Virus record (IMG/VR): IMGVR_UViG_3300028197_001695 | Location: 1 to 64,000 of that record | From: a virus | Direction: 5' to 3' (one strand) | DNA: 64,000 nt | Shown: piece after piece, positions 29,673-39,205 of the stretch | How positions within the stretch are numbered: position 1 is the first letter of the stretch | How the letters are laid out: the number at the start of each line of letters is the position of its first letter | Translations under genes and position numbers: made by a program | Notes under the pieces: generated by a model | Seen by the model: the letters and a program-made list of their open reading frames with translations, nothing else | What the model was told of the DNA's origin: nothing | Databases searched by the model: none

Positions 29673-30917
29673 CTATAAGCTGAGGAAAGAGATCGGCTGC
29701 TGACGAGGGTTTTGCGCTCCACTTACAACTGTAAAGTCGGGCGCATCCGCTTCTGGGAAGAAGAACAAGCCTTGGTCAGTGGTAGAAGCACCACCAATCT
29801 GAGCAGAGAAGGTAAGATCAACAGTCTCGTTATCATCAAGTCCTTGCGAGAATGACTGATTATCAAGAACAGCTCCTTTGAGAAGGTATTTTAGCTTAGG
29901 ATTTCCCTCTTCTTTAATATCCAACGTAATGTCAGTTTTATTGTTTTCAGCGGTTCCAGTCAAAGCATACTCAAGCGCACCTGAAGCAAAATTCCTAGTA
30001 AGTGAACTAACATTCATAGTTACGTCAATTGGGAATTCAAGGAGTTTAGCGTAAGCAAGCTCGTTACCAAGAGCCTCAATAACTTCACGAGCCAATGGCA
30101 GTTCAATAGAAGCACTTTGAATTGGCAGCGCACTAAATGAAGGCCCACCAACTTCGGAAACACCATCACTTGTATCAGCAAAACTGACAGTAACATCTTG
30201 AGGACGGAGAACCAATGGAAGATTAGCGACATCAGAACTTGGAGGAGGAAGTCTGGTAATACCAGAGTCGGTTCTCTGTCCTTCTAGGTTAAGTGATGGA
30301 TTAATGAGTCCAGAATTAACACCAGTGTAGAAAACAACATTAGAGGCTTGCATCTCAATATCAGCCCTTGGAATTTCTCCAACGCTAAAGTTTGCACTGT
30401 AGCTGGAGACGAAGCAGTTTCCAAACCCGACAACATCATGCTTGTCTTTTTCTGACTTCATTTTCGCGTCGTTCAATGTGAAAGAATCTTCCCCTTCTTC
30501 AACTGTTAAAAGGAAAACATTACGCTCTTTTAAAATTGGGTCTTCTTTTAATTGGCCAGAACACATTTGACCTGTCCTTAGCGCGTTATTCGCTGTAGCG
30601 AGAACGCCAGTTACTGATTTTTGGAATCCCAGAGCTAATTCATTTTCTCCGTCTCCCAAAAAGTATCCGAAACTCAAAGTCGGATTAATTTCGGTAAGGT
30701 TAACAGTTCCGATTCGTGCTAACTGACCAAACTCTCGTACGTCTTGACGCGCTCCAGCGAGATCCATCTCGAATGAAAAAGTGTCAACACGGTGCAAATG
30801 ATGAGCATCTATCTGACTCATGCCCGTTACAGGGGTCAAGTCGGTGTGTGAATCCCATCCAGTAGGAGCGACATAGACTGCTTTGTTTTGTGAAATTACT
30901 CTTGTTCTTGTAGCCAT
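29673..30917 (-). CDS. Major tail (tube) protein
   Basis: After neck genes, before chaperones and tape measure; flanked by own promoter motif and terminator as expected for a highly expressed gene. Confidence 0.7.
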   Translation of the reverse strand: MATRTRVISQNKAVYVAPTGWDSHTDLTPVTGMSQIDAHHLHRVDTFSFEMDLAGARQDVREFGQLARIGTVNLTEINPTLSFGYFLGDGENELALGFQKSVTGVLATANNALRTGQMCSGQLKEDPILKERNVFLLTVEEGEDSFTLNDAKMKSEKDKHDVVGFGNCFVSSYSANFSVGEIPRADIEMQASNVVFYTGVNSGLINPSLNLEGQRTDSGITRLPPPSSDVANLPLVLRPQDVTVSFADTSDGVSEVGGPSFSALPIQSASIELPLAREVIEALGNELAYAKLLEFPIDVTMNVSSLTRNFASGALEYALTGTAENNKTDITLDIKEEGNPKLKYLLKGAVLDNQSFSQGLDDNETVDLTFSAQIGGASTTDQGLFFFPEADAPDFTVVSGAQNPRQQPISFLSL

Positions 30918-30943
30918 ATTTATATAAAAAGGTTTATTTTAAA

Positions 30944-30948
30944 TACAC
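30944..30948 (-). promoter_or_regulatory. GTGTA candidate late-promoter motif
   Basis: GTGTA-TTTAAAATAA, 26 nt upstream of the tail tube ATG. Confidence 0.5.
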
Positions 30949-30952
30949 TCAT

Positions 30953-31831
30953 TTAAGACCTTGGGAAACGATATGTCGATAAATCGAAATCTAAGAATGC
31001 TATAGAGAAGTCTTTGTTTAGTTTTTCTCTCAAAGCTTCAGAGACAACTTTTGAAGCTGTGACATTATTAATGTAAGAACATAAGGGTTTACTACCTTGG
31101 TCTCCTACAACGCCAGTATAGGTATAGGGGAAATCTTTTACAGAGTAAGAATAAGCGTATGGGAAATTCTCATAAGGAATATGAGTAACCTTCTCTCTTA
31201 CTGTGTCTCTAAGCTTAGAAATAACAGAATCCAAAATATAAGAATCCTTGGTCAGCACCATCACACGAACTCTACTTTGAGTGTTCTCCTCTCCACCAAA
31301 TGAAAACTCCTCATTCTGAGAAGATGCTAGGGAAACAAAACAGGCTGGGAGGAAATAAGACCCTTGATCAAGAATTCCTGTTTCATTATAGAAGTAGGGG
31401 GAATCTTGCCCATTTTCTAAGAAATCAGAATGAACTAAAAATTCTACATCATCATCGTGAGAGATGTAAGTATTTACTTCTTTTACAGAATAGGTTCCAG
31501 ATATATTTAACCCAGTCCCAGAAGCCGAAGGGAATAAGATACGGCCATTGTTGTAATCTGTATACACATTTCCATTTGTGCTTGAATCTCCCGTAATAAA
31601 ATCATCTCCAACAAAAAAACCTGAATTAACTGTATCTATATTATGTTCAGCTACAAGCTGACGATACTCTCCTTGATACGCGACCATGTCCGAAGGAATA
31701 TCATCAAAATCAACATAACGAAAATTATTGTCTAATCCAGTAAGATAAGCTTTTGTGTCAGATTTTAACAAACGGTTCTCTAACCATAAGTAAAAGCTGG
31801 ATAATAAATTTTGATCAAATTGAGCCTTCAT
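30953..31831 (-). CDS. Putative tail terminator or completion protein
   Basis: Synteny directly upstream of tail tube; LPACFVSL...QSRVRVMVL beta pattern. Confidence 0.5.
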   Translation of the reverse strand: MKAQFDQNLLSSFYLWLENRLLKSDTKAYLTGLDNNFRYVDFDDIPSDMVAYQGEYRQLVAEHNIDTVNSGFFVGDDFITGDSSTNGNVYTDYNNGRILFPSASGTGLNISGTYSVKEVNTYISHDDDVEFLVHSDFLENGQDSPYFYNETGILDQGSYFLPACFVSLASSQNEEFSFGGEENTQSRVRVMVLTKDSYILDSVISKLRDTVREKVTHIPYENFPYAYSYSVKDFPYTYTGVVGDQGSKPLCSYINNVTASKVVSEALREKLNKDFSIAFLDFDLSTYRFPRS

Positions 31832-31834
31832 GTT

Positions 31835-32461
31835 TTAAAAATTTGTAACGTTTTTGTAGAATCTATTTATAATTTTAGAGATATAAGGTTGAGTTTTAAA
31901 ATTAGTAGATCTTAAATCTCTTAACACTTGTATGCCTGTCCCAGACCTAGATTTAGGTATGCCCTTATTGCTATATAAAAATGAACCAAGATTAGAGAGT
32001 CCATTCTCTATGCCTTCTGCCCAACTAGAACCGCTAGCCCAAGGTATTTGAGATACGCTAAAAATCTCACCTTTTGATGCGGCATTTAAAATAGATATCC
32101 TAAATCTACCATTAGATATAGCCCTGACTGTAACAGAGAGTTTTTGTTTTAAAATATTTTCAATCCCTTGGGTGGGGTTATCACCACTATCGAAACCAAT
32201 GAATGCAAAAAGGTTCCCGTAACCACCCAGAGTGCCAGAGCTATTTGAAGCATTTGCGCCAGCTTGAACTTCTTTTGTAACAGGGTGATTGTAAAAATCT
32301 CTAACCAACTCTCGCTGCGCTTTTTCAATGATAGGAAGAACATAACTTCTTACTTCTCTCCCAGTAACCTTGCCATTTCGACCACCAGTTACCTCATTTA
32401 AAAGAGCGGCTTTATTTATAGTTACTTTAAACTTAGTTGCTGATATGAATGCTTTGGACAT
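31835..32461 (-). CDS. Putative neck or tail-completion protein
   Basis: Synteny; basic protein with GNLFAFIGF and PWASG motifs. Confidence 0.45.
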   Translation of the reverse strand: MSKAFISATKFKVTINKAALLNEVTGGRNGKVTGREVRSYVLPIIEKAQRELVRDFYNHPVTKEVQAGANASNSSGTLGGYGNLFAFIGFDSGDNPTQGIENILKQKLSVTVRAISNGRFRISILNAASKGEIFSVSQIPWASGSSWAEGIENGLSNLGSFLYSNKGIPKSRSGTGIQVLRDLRSTNFKTQPYISKIINRFYKNVTNF

Positions 32462-32910
32462 TAGTTTTCTCGTTTAAGGAATACAGTATAGTATTGAGTC
32501 GAGAATGGTCCCACATTTTTAGCATCAGTATCTACAGAGAATAAAACATCATCAATTTCAATCCTACTAGAATCTTTTACCTTATCGTAACCATCTGAAT
32601 CAACTTTGATTCTCACCTTCCCATGAGAAGCAGTTAAATTAAATTGCGCTCCACCATCTACTAAAGACTCACCCTGATTTGGTGCGTAGCTGACCCTAGC
32701 TTGCACCGTGTGCTTCACTAGCGTAGTTTGTGAACTCAACCTAGAGTCGTCCTTAGTTCGACCGTACAGTGGATTGTAGTTTAAATTAGAGGGTCTTGTG
32801 GCGACCTTCTTTTCAATATAAACATAAATATCTCTAGCGAAGGTATCATGAACTTCACTTAAAGCACTTTGGATTGCCGCTTTTTGAGCTGATGTAATTA
32901 ATGAAGCCAT
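32461..32910 (-). CDS. Putative head closure (stopper) protein
   Basis: 149-aa beta-rich protein in neck position. Confidence 0.45.
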   Translation of the reverse strand: MASLITSAQKAAIQSALSEVHDTFARDIYVYIEKKVATRPSNLNYNPLYGRTKDDSRLSSQTTLVKHTVQARVSYAPNQGESLVDGGAQFNLTASHGKVRIKVDSDGYDKVKDSSRIEIDDVLFSVDTDAKNVGPFSTQYYTVFLKREN

Positions 32911-33431
32911 TAAAAGGATCTGTAGGAACTTGTTGGTTGATAGGAGTCAATACTGTCAATGGGGGTGACCCCGTCTCGACCGAAGACTTGAAGTGGAGAA
33001 GACTTGTATTGATTGTATTTGCCAACTAAGTCATTCAAGCGATCAGTAGCATCCACCTTCAAATCTCTAAAGGTTTTAGCAACAGAGTTTTTGTTTTGCC
33101 TTTGGATAGTTGTATCTCCCTCTTTTAAAGTAATCCAATCCGTATCTCCTCCATAAGTAAATCCGCGCAGAGAGTCTCTAGCTGCCTTCTCGTAGTAGTG
33201 GATCTCATAAAGGGTTGAGAAAATATTTTCTTCAATTGGCAATAAACCAGAACTAGTGTCAATCTCTATAGCTCCAGTATCATTAACATAAAATTCTTCA
33301 TTGGTAAGTCCATTAAGCTCACCAATATTAACCTCAAGCCAACCAGAAACATAAGACACAGGAAATCTCTGCCTATCTTCTGAAAACTCGTAATTTACTA
33401 TTTTTGTTGCTAGTGAGCCAAGATCGTTCAT
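32910..33431 (-). CDS. Putative head-tail adaptor
   Basis: Helical N-terminus then DWITLKEGDTTIQRQN; first neck position after the capsid region. Confidence 0.5.
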   Translation of the reverse strand: MNDLGSLATKIVNYEFSEDRQRFPVSYVSGWLEVNIGELNGLTNEEFYVNDTGAIEIDTSSGLLPIEENIFSTLYEIHYYEKAARDSLRGFTYGGDTDWITLKEGDTTIQRQNKNSVAKTFRDLKVDATDRLNDLVGKYNQYKSSPLQVFGRDGVTPIDSIDSYQPTSSYRSF

Positions 33432-33468
33432 TAAATAATCTTACAGCAAAACTAGCCTTTAGGGAACT

Positions 33469-33852
33469 CTACAGCTCAAACAGCTTCTTTACTTCATCGT
33501 AATTTTCAGCCTTTGGATCAATAGCAGGTTCTGCTTGCCCAGCCACTGTTACGTTATTTTGTTGAACGTAAATATCAAATGACTTAAGTAAATTCTTTTT
33601 TAATACTGACGGAGTGTCGATAGAGGAAGCTGGCAAACCAACCCTCTGAGCAAGAGTTGTCATTTCTCCTACAGACATGCTGCCAAGGTTGCTAGCGAAA
33701 ACATCCTTGTTATTCGTACCATATGGATTAACATCCTTAATACCCAAAAGATCTTCTAGTTCTTTTGTTTTTCGAATCTTATCTTCTCGCTCAGAACGTT
33801 CTTTACCATCAATAACATTGAACTCTTCTAAAAATTCCTTCTTATTAGCCAT
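33469..33852 (-). CDS. Hypothetical protein
   Basis: 127-aa ORF after the capsid terminator with own GTGTA motif. Confidence 0.55.
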   Translation of the reverse strand: MANKKEFLEEFNVIDGKERSEREDKIRKTKELEDLLGIKDVNPYGTNNKDVFASNLGSMSVGEMTTLAQRVGLPASSIDTPSVLKKNLLKSFDIYVQQNNVTVAGQAEPAIDPKAENYDEVKKLFEL

Positions 33853-33869
33853 ATCTTATCATAATAGAT

Positions 33870-33874
33870 TACAC
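33870..33874 (-). promoter_or_regulatory. GTGTA candidate late-promoter motif
   Basis: GTGTA-ATCTATTAT, 17 nt upstream of ATG 33852. Confidence 0.5.
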
Positions 33875-33884
33875 TAAAAAAATC

Positions 33885-33913
33885 AAAAAAAAAGAGTCGC
33901 CCCGTAGGGCGAC
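33885..33913 (-). terminator. Rho-independent terminator after major capsid gene
   Basis: GTCGCCC-TACG-GGGCGAC followed by TC and T9. Confidence 0.85.
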
Positions 33914-33935
33914 CCTTAAATTTAGGAAACCTCGA

Positions 33936-35039
33936 TTAGAGGATGATTCCACAAAGAGCACGGTCGTCAATACAGACGCGACCCTCTTCGACTTTACCGT
34001 AGTAACCAATCTTGTTCTGACGGACGGAGAACTGGTCATCAACGAGAACGTTGAGTTCACCAGTAGAACCTTCATCAAGAACGACAGGACGGAGAAGAGC
34101 GTCACGAGAACGATCAACACCGATAAGGATCTGTTCAGAAGCTTCAGTGAAGCTCACGCCACCCTTAACCGCATCAAAGATCTTATTGAAACGCTGTCCA
34201 CTACCCAACTCAAGAACCTCAATGATATTAATACCATAGAAGCTTGGAAGTCCTGCACCACTGTAAAGCTGAGAACGAAGTTCTTCAGGAGCAGCAATGC
34301 TAGTCTTAAGAGCTGAAGACATAGGAGCAGCAGCAGTGTTAATTGGGTTGTATGCCATAGCACGGATATCTGCGATAACTTCAGGAGAAACTAAAAGATC
34401 AGTAACTCCAGCTTTGCTACCACCAACAGGAGTACCACCAACAAAAGAGCTGTTGATACGCTTAGAGGTTGTAATAAGCTGATTCAAGTCATCAAGGACA
34501 AGGCTAGTGCCAGCAGCAGCGATGATATGATCACCAGCAGCAGCAGTTAAGCTATCTCCAGCAACAAGAGCGGAAGCGAGCACGTTAAATGCGGTGCGCT
34601 CCTGCTTAAGCATAACTTCCTGAGCCATACGAGTGAAGGTTTTGGAGACAACGTCAACGCGAGCCTTCTTAGCATACTTACGGTCGAAAGCGAGTGCGCT
34701 ATCAAGAGTGTAAGTGCTAAACTTCAGCTCGTTATGAGCAGGAAAGACTTGGTTGTAAGGAAGTCCACCAGCAACTTGCTGGGAGTAAACCTGAACATAA
34801 TCTTCATCAGTTACATCGTGGAAGAGATCGAGAGGAAGGGAAGGATTATCATCAGCCTGATAAGTCAGAGTGGTGAAAAGATTTCCAACGGTCACAGCGT
34901 TGTTGATAACTTCAGTGACCACAGGTCCGAGAAGTTCTGCAACAGCGGCCTGAGCCTCGTAAGCCTCCTCACGATTATTCGAACCCATTGCGCGAACAAG
35001 GGCTAACTGATCTTCAGTTTTTTTAATAGTAATTTTCAT
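33936..35039 (-). CDS. Major capsid protein
   Basis: 367 aa; follows portal, protease and decoration genes; strong terminator; codon usage biased as for highly expressed genes. Confidence 0.8.
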   Translation of the reverse strand: MKITIKKTEDQLALVRAMGSNNREEAYEAQAAVAELLGPVVTEVINNAVTVGNLFTTLTYQADDNPSLPLDLFHDVTDEDYVQVYSQQVAGGLPYNQVFPAHNELKFSTYTLDSALAFDRKYAKKARVDVVSKTFTRMAQEVMLKQERTAFNVLASALVAGDSLTAAAGDHIIAAAGTSLVLDDLNQLITTSKRINSSFVGGTPVGGSKAGVTDLLVSPEVIADIRAMAYNPINTAAAPMSSALKTSIAAPEELRSQLYSGAGLPSFYGINIIEVLELGSGQRFNKIFDAVKGGVSFTEASEQILIGVDRSRDALLRPVVLDEGSTGELNVLVDDQFSVRQNKIGYYGKVEEGRVCIDDRALCGIIL

Positions 35040-35054
35040 AATCTGTGAGTAAAA

Positions 35055-35633
35055 TTAGAAGTTAATGCTGACAATTGCGTATTCTCCTGCGTGGGTATCA
35101 CCAGCAGCACGAGTTCCAGTAGCAAGGACTTTACCGACAACAGTGTCAGCGGCAACAGCAGTAGCAAGCGTACCACCAGCACGAACTCCAAGCTCCGTAT
35201 TAGGAGCAGGAACAAGTGAGCCAGAGAAAGCTCCTTCCATAAAGGTAAATACACCCTTAGTAGCTACAGGAACAGATTCTCCAGAGAGAACGCACTGAAG
35301 CTCTTCTTTTTTCTGAGGGTAAAAGCGAAGCTTTTCTCCATTCTCATCAGTTTCGCGAACGTCACGGACGATAATCCCGAGGGAAGCATCTCCAGAACCA
35401 GCAGCACCAATTTTAAGAGGGTTAACAGAAAGAGGGGAATAAGCATTTCCTTGAGTAGTAAGGAACGCAGATCCACCGTCTACGAGATCTACAAGATCAT
35501 CGTCAAGATTAGCAGCAGAAACCTTTACGATGGTTCCAGCTGCCTTATCGGTCCCATCGAACGCAAACATGTTGATAACATCGTTATCATCATATTGACG
35601 GAAGGGCAATAGTTTAGTAATTTCACTAGCCAT
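35055..35633 (-). CDS. Putative capsid decoration (cement) protein
   Basis: 192 aa, Gly/Ala/Val-rich, between scaffold and capsid genes. Confidence 0.55.
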   Translation of the reverse strand: MASEITKLLPFRQYDDNDVINMFAFDGTDKAAGTIVKVSAANLDDDLVDLVDGGSAFLTTQGNAYSPLSVNPLKIGAAGSGDASLGIIVRDVRETDENGEKLRFYPQKKEELQCVLSGESVPVATKGVFTFMEGAFSGSLVPAPNTELGVRAGGTLATAVAADTVVGKVLATGTRAAGDTHAGEYAIVSINF

Positions 35634-35659
35634 AATATTATATTAGTTAGAATTTTTTT

Positions 35660-37183
35660 TTAGTTTGTAACTTCTACAGAGAAGTTCTCCTTAAGTTTTT
35701 CAACCAAAGAAATTTGTTCACAGGCTTCAGCGTTATTGTTAGGCATAGAAGGAGCTTCCACCTCTTCAACTTCTAACTCATCTTCGCTAGCCTTAACTTC
35801 TTCCTGCTGCTCAGGAGCCTCCTCCGCCATCTTGGAGGCAATAGCCTCTTCGATTTTAGCTTTGACTACCTCTTCTTGAGCTGCAATAGACTCTTTGGTC
35901 TTGCTTGCAAAAAGAATAGAAAGTTTTCCTTTGAAGGTGTCGAAAGCCTCATCAGAAGCTTCAACAACCTTCAACTCATCTACGACCAACTTAAGCTCTG
36001 CTTCAGTAAGTTCGTATGTGGAGTCAATAAAGTTCATCCGAGAGTTAAATAACTCAACAGCAGCTTGAGCTTCCATCTCAGATTTGAGAGCGGAGAGTTC
36101 TGTCTGAACAGCATCAAAAGAGGCTTTCATTTCAGTCAGATCTGCTTCTACCTTCTCACGAGCTTCGGCTTCAAGTTGAACTTTAGATTTCCAGTTTTCG
36201 GAATGCTCATTCAGGGCATCACGCATAATCTCGCCAACAGAGCTGGCTTGATCGTCCTTCTTGACTACTGAAGCTACGCTTTCGGCAACTTGTGTCATTA
36301 GTGTTTCGAATTGTTCTTTATCCATATCAAAAATATCGAATTTGTTATCTGTTACAGTGGTTTTTCCTTTTAGGGAATTTTTAATAATAATATTATCTTG
36401 TTTTGCTAAAGAATTATCAACAGACTTTTCATTTTTTTGTTGTTCTGATGTATAAACTCCTTTAACCCTAGCTGCGGGTTTATATGTTAATGCGGCTCCT
36501 AAAGGATAAGTTTCACCATGTATCAGTCGATGAACTGGTGTGCCATCTTCATCTATACCTTTACCGCCAAAGCCTTTTACATATTGCTTAAGCTCCTCCT
36601 TCTTTGAACCTTCGGCAACTTCACACTCATCCAATCTATCCGATCCATAGACGACTTTATAGTTCTTAAATGCAAGCTCCCAGCTAGTAGCAATACTCTG
36701 ATATTCTTCATTCTCTTCTTTCGCGGCTGTTTCAATAGCTTCCGCTAACTCTGGAAAAATATTTTTATAAATTAAACCAGCAGCGTTAATATAAAATGGC
36801 TCCTCTTTGTTAACATATGATTCAATAGCATTATCTTTAAAATCATACTCCTCCATAGAGAAAGAAGCATTGATCATGTGGCCTACGATCTTATGCTTCT
36901 TGTGTTCAATGTTAATTGGCTTATTGATAAATCTTTTTACGGCTGCTACTGCTGTTTTAGAATCTATGCCATCACCGTTTTTGTTAAATTCGTTGACGAG
37001 GGCCAAGTTAAATACTACGGGCAATACATCTACATTCGCGGATGGGTCAAAGTCGTCAGGCAGTAAAGATTTAGCAGCTTCTGCAATAGATCCTTCTGAT
37101 ACTCCAAACTTTTCGTAATCAGCTTCTTTGAGAGCCTTGATGTTGCAATCAAAGCTACTTACCTCAAAATCTTTTAAATCCAT
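35660..37183 (-). CDS. Prohead protease and scaffold fusion
   Basis: N-term NKNGDG...PINIEH...VGH...TSWE protease-like domain; acidic coiled-coil C-terminal half. Confidence 0.65.
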   Translation of the reverse strand: MDLKDFEVSSFDCNIKALKEADYEKFGVSEGSIAEAAKSLLPDDFDPSANVDVLPVVFNLALVNEFNKNGDGIDSKTAVAAVKRFINKPINIEHKKHKIVGHMINASFSMEEYDFKDNAIESYVNKEEPFYINAAGLIYKNIFPELAEAIETAAKEENEEYQSIATSWELAFKNYKVVYGSDRLDECEVAEGSKKEELKQYVKGFGGKGIDEDGTPVHRLIHGETYPLGAALTYKPAARVKGVYTSEQQKNEKSVDNSLAKQDNIIIKNSLKGKTTVTDNKFDIFDMDKEQFETLMTQVAESVASVVKKDDQASSVGEIMRDALNEHSENWKSKVQLEAEAREKVEADLTEMKASFDAVQTELSALKSEMEAQAAVELFNSRMNFIDSTYELTEAELKLVVDELKVVEASDEAFDTFKGKLSILFASKTKESIAAQEEVVKAKIEEAIASKMAEEAPEQQEEVKASEDELEVEEVEAPSMPNNNAEACEQISLVEKLKENFSVEVTN

Positions 37184-37192
37184 AAAATGATA

Positions 37193-37197
37193 TACAC
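37193..37197 (-). promoter_or_regulatory. GTGTA candidate late-promoter motif
   Basis: GTGTA-TATCATTTT-ATG. Confidence 0.55.
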
Positions 37198-39159
37198 TTA
37201 AATTTTAGTTGAGTGATATAAAATCGCAGAAGACATGTCATCGAGTTGATGTTTAGATCCTACATCTAGCACATCTGGAGAAACATTTAGTTCAGAAAGA
37301 TTATCTAAATTTTCCACAATGCTAGATAAAGTCTCGTCCCATTCACCTATCGGCTTAGAGACAATGATTGACTCACAAGCCTGAGAAACTAAATCTTTCC
37401 GCTCCTCGTCGAGTTCTTCTAAACCAAACTTAAGGGCAAAGTCGCGATAAGCTCTAAACTCAAATTCGCTAACCATTTGGGTGGCTTCAACAATATGTTT
37501 CTTTGAAAAGCTTGAGTTGGAAACTCCTATTGGGCGACCACCAGAAGGAGCTACAGGAGCAGCTTCGGGTTTAGCTTCTGGGGCAGATTCTTCTTCATTT
37601 TGGAAAAGGTTAATGCTATTTACTAGAGGCATGTAATAACCATCTTCCCTCTGCTCTTTAAACTTATCTTGAGCTGAAATTAATTCTTCTGCTTTGGGGA
37701 ATATTCCATTATGGACAACACTCATACCTTGTTCTGGCGTAAGAACTCCAAGTTCCATCATGCGAGTAGCAAGCTTGGTCATGTCAGAATTATCAAGAGT
37801 ATCTGTTTTAACAAACTTAACTTCTGGCCAAGAACGCATACCCGCAGCTTTGCAAATACGGCGTACCTCTGGCTGTAGGAAATCTTTAATAAATTGGCTA
37901 CGAGACTCTTCAAGACGCTGAATGAATATCTTCATCTTAAGTTGTCCATCTGCATATTTGTTATCTCCAAGGAGAACATTCTGAAGCCCTTCTTGAATGT
38001 CGCGGTTTAAAATTTCATATTTTTCCGGTCCAATTACTTTGCGAAGATCAGGAATAACAAAGTCAGCTTTTGTGGTATAATCAGATACAAGAACTCGCCC
38101 AACGCTTTGATTCTTGAAAATGTTTTGCATTGCAGCCAATGCTTTATGATTAACCCCACCCTTGTCTGGCTCTGCGCCCATCGTAACTAACAAAACAACA
38201 TTCTCAATAGAACGAGAAATGGCTTGGTCAATTTTTTTAAGTTCTAGTTTTTTATTGATGTCATCAAGGACAGAAAAAGCATATGGAACAGAAAGTGGCT
38301 CATAGTCCTGCTTCTTAGCAAACACAACATGTAATAGATCCGAAGATAATTTAATATAAAGACGCTCAGTAGTAGTGGCAGTATTATTTTGTATTCTTAC
38401 CTGAACATCTTCTGGCAAAGAGTTATACATCTCAATCTCATGGTCAGTTTTAGGGTCTTTAAGCCTAGAGATCTCATAAGGAGTAAGAACTTTAAAGTAT
38501 TGGAAGTCGTTAAAAGAAATAGAACCCTTTGTCGCAATATCAGTTGGGTTCATGATCAGATACTTGATTGGAATAGGCACACTCTTAGTCGCTCCATAAG
38601 TTTCCAAGATCCTTCCTGTATCAGCAGTTTTAATCTTACCGTCTAAACGATACATGAAGACGTTACCTGAGCGGTAGTATTCGCGGAAATATTGTGACTT
38701 AATATCGTGGATTTTAATTCTTTTAAACCAAGCGTTCACGAAGTTCCTAGCTTTTGCAGAACCCCCTTCTAAAAACAAATCAGAATCAGCGAAGTCAGAG
38801 AGCATGTCAATGGTACTTCTAAATGCTGGAACATTAAAGTAAGCCTTCTGACATAATTGAATAGCGTCACGGACATCCACAGAGTCACGAGAGTAATCAA
38901 ACGGAAGAAGTCCATCGTCGATATTTTTAAATCTATTTTTTGTATAGCTTTGAGAAATACTATTGGTTCTTGAACCTGAACGTTTTGTTGGCTCAGAAAG
39001 GCGAGAAGCAGTAGTTTCGTATAGAGACTCTCCGACTAACTCTGGAGAGAACTCCTCTGCTAAAGACTGATTAGTAATGTCTTCTAAATTGTGATTGAGG
39101 ACGGTGCTTTTAAACTTATTCCAATATTCAGACCGTTTTGTATACTTACGCTTTGCCAT
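37198..39159 (-). CDS. Portal protein
   Basis: 653 aa between terL and protease; VPAFRSTIDMLSDF, YYRSGNVFMY, PLSVPY motifs typical of portal cores. Confidence 0.75.
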   Translation of the reverse strand: MAKRKYTKRSEYWNKFKSTVLNHNLEDITNQSLAEEFSPELVGESLYETTASRLSEPTKRSGSRTNSISQSYTKNRFKNIDDGLLPFDYSRDSVDVRDAIQLCQKAYFNVPAFRSTIDMLSDFADSDLFLEGGSAKARNFVNAWFKRIKIHDIKSQYFREYYRSGNVFMYRLDGKIKTADTGRILETYGATKSVPIPIKYLIMNPTDIATKGSISFNDFQYFKVLTPYEISRLKDPKTDHEIEMYNSLPEDVQVRIQNNTATTTERLYIKLSSDLLHVVFAKKQDYEPLSVPYAFSVLDDINKKLELKKIDQAISRSIENVVLLVTMGAEPDKGGVNHKALAAMQNIFKNQSVGRVLVSDYTTKADFVIPDLRKVIGPEKYEILNRDIQEGLQNVLLGDNKYADGQLKMKIFIQRLEESRSQFIKDFLQPEVRRICKAAGMRSWPEVKFVKTDTLDNSDMTKLATRMMELGVLTPEQGMSVVHNGIFPKAEELISAQDKFKEQREDGYYMPLVNSINLFQNEEESAPEAKPEAAPVAPSGGRPIGVSNSSFSKKHIVEATQMVSEFEFRAYRDFALKFGLEELDEERKDLVSQACESIIVSKPIGEWDETLSSIVENLDNLSELNVSPDVLDVGSKHQLDDMSSAILYHSTKI

Positions 39160-39171
39160 GCTAACAATTGT

Positions 39172-39176
39172 TACAC
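39172..39176 (-). promoter_or_regulatory. GTGTA candidate late-promoter motif
   Basis: GTGTA-ACAATTGTTAGC-ATG(portal). Confidence 0.55.
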
Positions 39177-39205
39177 TAAAGTTATAAAAGTTACTTTATA
39201 ACTTT

